From contig CBDEUQ010000003.1 of assembly GCA_965243325.1 (NCBI GenBank), positions 932,304 to 996,303 on the forward strand: a DNA stretch of 64,000 nucleotides. Reading direction: 5' to 3'. Shown here piece after piece: positions 61,684 to 64,000 of this stretch. Every line of letters begins with the position of its first letter. Within the stretch, counting starts at the first letter, position 1. This DNA is from Alphaproteobacteria bacterium. Its GTDB lineage: Bacteria > Pseudomonadota > Alphaproteobacteria > UBA7887. The notes under the pieces were generated by a model. The model had not been told where the DNA came from and did not search any database. It saw nothing but the letters and a program-made list of their open reading frames with translations. The position numbers and the translations under genes were made by a program.

Positions 61684-61893
61684 TTATGCCGTCAGCGTTT
61701 CGCGGGTGGCCCGCTTGCCGACCATGCTCTGTGCGATTCGCGACATCTGAATGATGGTGTCGCGCTCACCGTCGTTGTGGCGACCCGAGAACTCAGTCAC
61801 GTAACGGTCTAAGTGCTTAGCGCTCATGTGGTGGTAGGTCCCGCGGTAGCCATGCTTCAGGAGGCTCCAGAAGGACTCGATTCCATCGCGGTC
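61684..61893 (-). mobile_element. IS1595-family transposase, C-terminal remnant only
   Basis: ...DGIESFWSLLKHGYRGTYHHMSAKHLDRYVTEFSGRHNDGERDTIIQMSRIAQSM is the conserved IS1595/ISXO2-like transposase C-terminus. No DDE core lies upstream. Confidence 0.6.
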
Positions 61894-62410
61894 TCGGAGA
61901 CGCTGCCCGGGCTGACCCTGACGGCCTCGTCCGAGGTGGCGAGCTACGGATTCTGGGGCGAACACGGCTTCGCGGTGCTGGCGCTCGGCGCCGGCTCGAT
62001 GTCGGGGACGATCGAGGGGACGGCGTACGGCGGCGACTTCTCGACGGCGCAGGCGTACGCCGTGGGCGACGCCACGGGCACGAACCCGGCGGGGACGGGG
62101 AGCGCGACCTGGACCGGCATCGCGGAGGCGAGCCCGACGGGCGCGGCCGAACGGCTCACGGGCACCGCGACGGCGACCGTCGCGGACCTGTCGCGGCCCC
62201 GGATCGGGGTTGCCATCGAGGTGCCGGGCCACGCCATCGGGGCGCCCGGCTGGGCGGACATGCCGCTCGCGGACGGGCGCTTCGCCTCGGGGACGGCCGG
62301 CACCGACTACTTGGGAGGCAGCTTCCACGGCCCGGCGCACGAAGAGGCCGGGGCGTGTTCGACACACCGCCGGCTACATCGGCGCCTTCGGGGCCAGGCG
62401 GGAGCCGTAA
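61870..62410 (+). pseudogene. TbpB-like / Slam-dependent surface lipoprotein beta-barrel domain, frameshifted fragment
   Basis: SYGFWGEHGFAVLALGAGSMSGTIEGTAYGG...GGSFHGPAHEEAG continues in other frames as GVFDT... and ...AGYIGAFGARREP* (the canonical GAFGA-R C-terminus). That requires two frameshifts around 62350-62370. Confidence 0.45.
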
Positions 62411-62499
62411 ACGGCCGACGTGGGCGGCCGGGGTGCAACCGATCCCCCGCCACCGGGAGCGTGCCATGACGGCCGGGCCCGACGGGGCCGACAGGGCGA

Positions 62500-62675
62500 C
62501 GAAGGTGGTTGCGCCGGCCGGCGGGCCGGGAAATGCCCTCGGAGAGCGCCGCCCGGCGCACGCCGGGCTTCCGCGCCACCGCCGCAACGCTCAAGCCGAA
62601 TTCCTCAAGGGCCTCGATCCGGATGAAGGTGCCCGGATGGGGGGTCATCCCCGTCTCCATGCCGCCGTCGGTCAT
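62500..62675 (-). pseudogene. HigA-type HTH antitoxin fragment
   Basis: MTDGGMETGMTPHPGTFIRIEALEEFGLSVAAVARKPGVRRAALSE matches the HigA N-terminus (HPGeiL.EeFlePlGls...LA..LGVsR..iSe), then loses similarity. Confidence 0.3.
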
Positions 62676-62718
62676 CGGTATCGCGCCGCCGGCTTCACGC
62701 ACTCCGCGCGGGCCCGTT

Positions 62719-63051
62719 TCACAGGACGCGCAGGGCGGTCTCCGGGGCCCTGTCGAGCACCCGGAGCAGGGCGCGCGCCGCGCCGGTCGGGCAGTGCTTG
62801 CCCTGCTCCCAGTTGCGAATCGTCTAGTGCGCCACGTCGATGCGCCGCGCCGGCCCGGTCTGCGAAAGACCGAGCCGCCGCCGGATGCGGCGCGCATACC
62901 GCGCCATGTCCTGCATGGCCTCTTCCTCGTTCTCCCGCTCCTGCGTCGCGATCTCCGCCTCGGTGGTGGCGTCCACCCTGGCGGGATCGATGCGCCCCTT
63001 CGGGAAGGTGGCAGGATCGTCGGGATCAACGCTGACGCGCGTGGTGCTCAT
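62719..63051 (-). pseudogene. XRE-family HTH antitoxin-like gene (COG2944/YiaG-type) interrupted by an in-frame TAG
   Basis: MSTTRVSVDPDDP...ARRIRRRLGLSQTGPARRIDVAH, then TAG at 62824-62826, then in frame TIRNWEQGKHCPTGAARALLRVLDRAPETALRVL*. The stop replaces the residue aligning with R in ...VSVRTIQNWEQG. Confidence 0.5.
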
Positions 63052-63235
63052 AGTCCGCGACCCCCTTCGGATTGGCCTTGCGGGCGGAAACGATGCGAAC
63101 GGCCGAACCGCGCAGCGTGCAGACCACGACACAGGCCCGACCGTCGACCGTGCCGGGAAGCCGGCAGCGGTCCTCGCCATAGTCCCGGCGGCGGCCGGCG
63201 CTTCCGCGTCTGCCGCCCCTATCCGCTCCCGACAC
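63026..63235 (-). pseudogene. BrnT/DUF497-like toxin, C-terminal fragment
   Basis: ...GRACVVVCTLRGSAVRIVSARKANPKGVADYE matches the DUF497 C-terminal signature (vlvVv.t.R....iRIISARkA...E..Ye). The N-terminal half is not recognisable. Confidence 0.4.
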
Positions 63236-63518
63236 GCGCTCCCCCCACCTTCAATTTCGAAGGATTTACCGGCTCGCGGAGTTCCTTCAAGGTGGGTGGG
63301 GATTTGCGTTGCGGGCCGGGGACTTGCGGGTGATGCGCCGTGCCGCGGCCGAAAGCCGGTGCGTTTTCGGGGCCGGCCTCCGGCGCCGGGATGAAACAGG
63401 GTTCGACGGCCCCGACCGTCGCGCACGACATTGCCGGCCGTGTCCCTTCGCCGAACGACGGTGCCGCACGGCGGGTTGGGAGAGGACCCTGGAGGCTCCG
63501 GCGAAAGGGAGAGACGGG

Positions 63519-64000
63519 ATGAGAACGGCACTCTCGATCGCGGTGCTGGCGGTTGCGCTCGCGCTCGCGGCCTGTGCCCGAACGGTCGAGCCTCCCACGG
63601 TGGAGGAGCAGGCGCGGGAGAGGCACGAGGCGACCGTGGACGCGGCGAACACGCTGCTGATGGGCGACAGGCTCGGCTGGTTCGCCACGGACGACGACGT
63701 GGAGCGGGCGAATACGACCTGCCGGGGCGACACCTGCCAGATCGGGTTCTGGTCCCTGAGCGAGCCGGGCCGGTTCGGCCTCGAGCGCTCGGGCTGGGAG
63801 CTGACGCTGCTTGGCGAGCGCCGCGGCGTGGGCCTGTTTCGGCAGGACCTCGCGGCAGACAGCAACGACTACGAGGCACTTGGCGGATGGCTCGAGCACA
63901 GCCTGTTCGCCACGCGGCTGACCCGGTTCGGCGAGGAGGCGGGCCCCAGCGCGGGGGCATCGGTGGCGTTCGGCTATTCGCTCGGGATCTCGAGCGGGGA
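63519..64000 (+). CDS. lipoprotein, TbpB-like beta-barrel paralogue (5' part; runs off window end)
   Basis: ATG 63519 preceded by GGGAGAGACGGG. Lipobox MRTALSIAVLAVALALAAC, then GGWLEHSLF... resembling the fragment at 61.9 kb. No stop before 64000. Confidence 0.6.
   Translation, partial: MRTALSIAVLAVALALAACARTVEPPTVEEQARERHEATVDAANTLLMGDRLGWFATDDDVERANTTCRGDTCQIGFWSLSEPGRFGLERSGWELTLLGERRGVGLFRQDLAADSNDYEALGGWLEHSLFATRLTRFGEEAGPSAGASVAFGYSLGISSG

Noticed and set aside
50220-62826. Possibility that the in-frame stops are programmed recoding (selenocysteine or pyrrolysine)
   Set aside because: The stops are TAA, TAA and TAG. Selenocysteine uses TGA with a SECIS element, and pyrrolysine (TAG) is not expected in this lineage. 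No Pyl or Sel genes were seen in the window.
1-64000. CRISPR arrays, rRNA genes and integrons
   Set aside because: No short regularly spaced direct repeats, no rRNA-like conserved stretches, and no integrase or attI-like context were found anywhere in the window.

Overview
High-GC (~70%) alphaproteobacterial chromosome segment; gene order and content (mnmE-mnmG, rho, purM-purN, DUF2066, hdaA, DUF1013/TrcR, DUF1192) point to Alphaproteobacteria, possibly Rhodospirillales-like. The first ~49 kb is core genome: a ferredoxin-mnmE-mnmG operon, yyaL-ogt-qor, rho, purM-purN, DUF2066-AI-2E permease-hdaA-SDR-ppx-SDR, GTP-dependent PEPCK, an imelysin/di-haem DUF1111 pair, rnd, aspS, class II B12-dependent ribonucleotide reductase nrdJ, and a large cobalamin biosynthesis cluster (cobM, cbiG-cobJ fusion, cobI, cobL, cobH, cbiX, cobD, cobQ, cobO, cobN). 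After that come an OMP gene, phyH, a MoaD-like gene and a CoxMSL-type molybdoenzyme operon. From ~49.8 kb to the window end the region is accessory and mosaic. It holds a type IIG-like restriction-modification gene interrupted by an in-frame TAA, an MNT/HEPN toxin-antitoxin pair (MNT with an in-frame TAA) whose HEPN gene is split by a ~1.8 kb low-GC insertion carrying a PARIS/OLD-like ABC-ATPase + DUF4435 defence gene, and a low-GC islet with DUF3800 and a solitary ClpP-like protease. Beyond those lie an IS1595 transposase remnant, frameshifted TbpB-like lipoprotein and toxin-antitoxin fragments (one with an in-frame TAG), and a lipoprotein gene running off the window end. No rRNA, tRNA or CRISPR arrays were found. 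Many long Arg/Ala-rich ORFs in the six-frame track are antisense shadows of real genes and were not called. Coordinates were checked against the printed sequence where possible; start codons are frequently GTG or TTG and are inferred, not proven.
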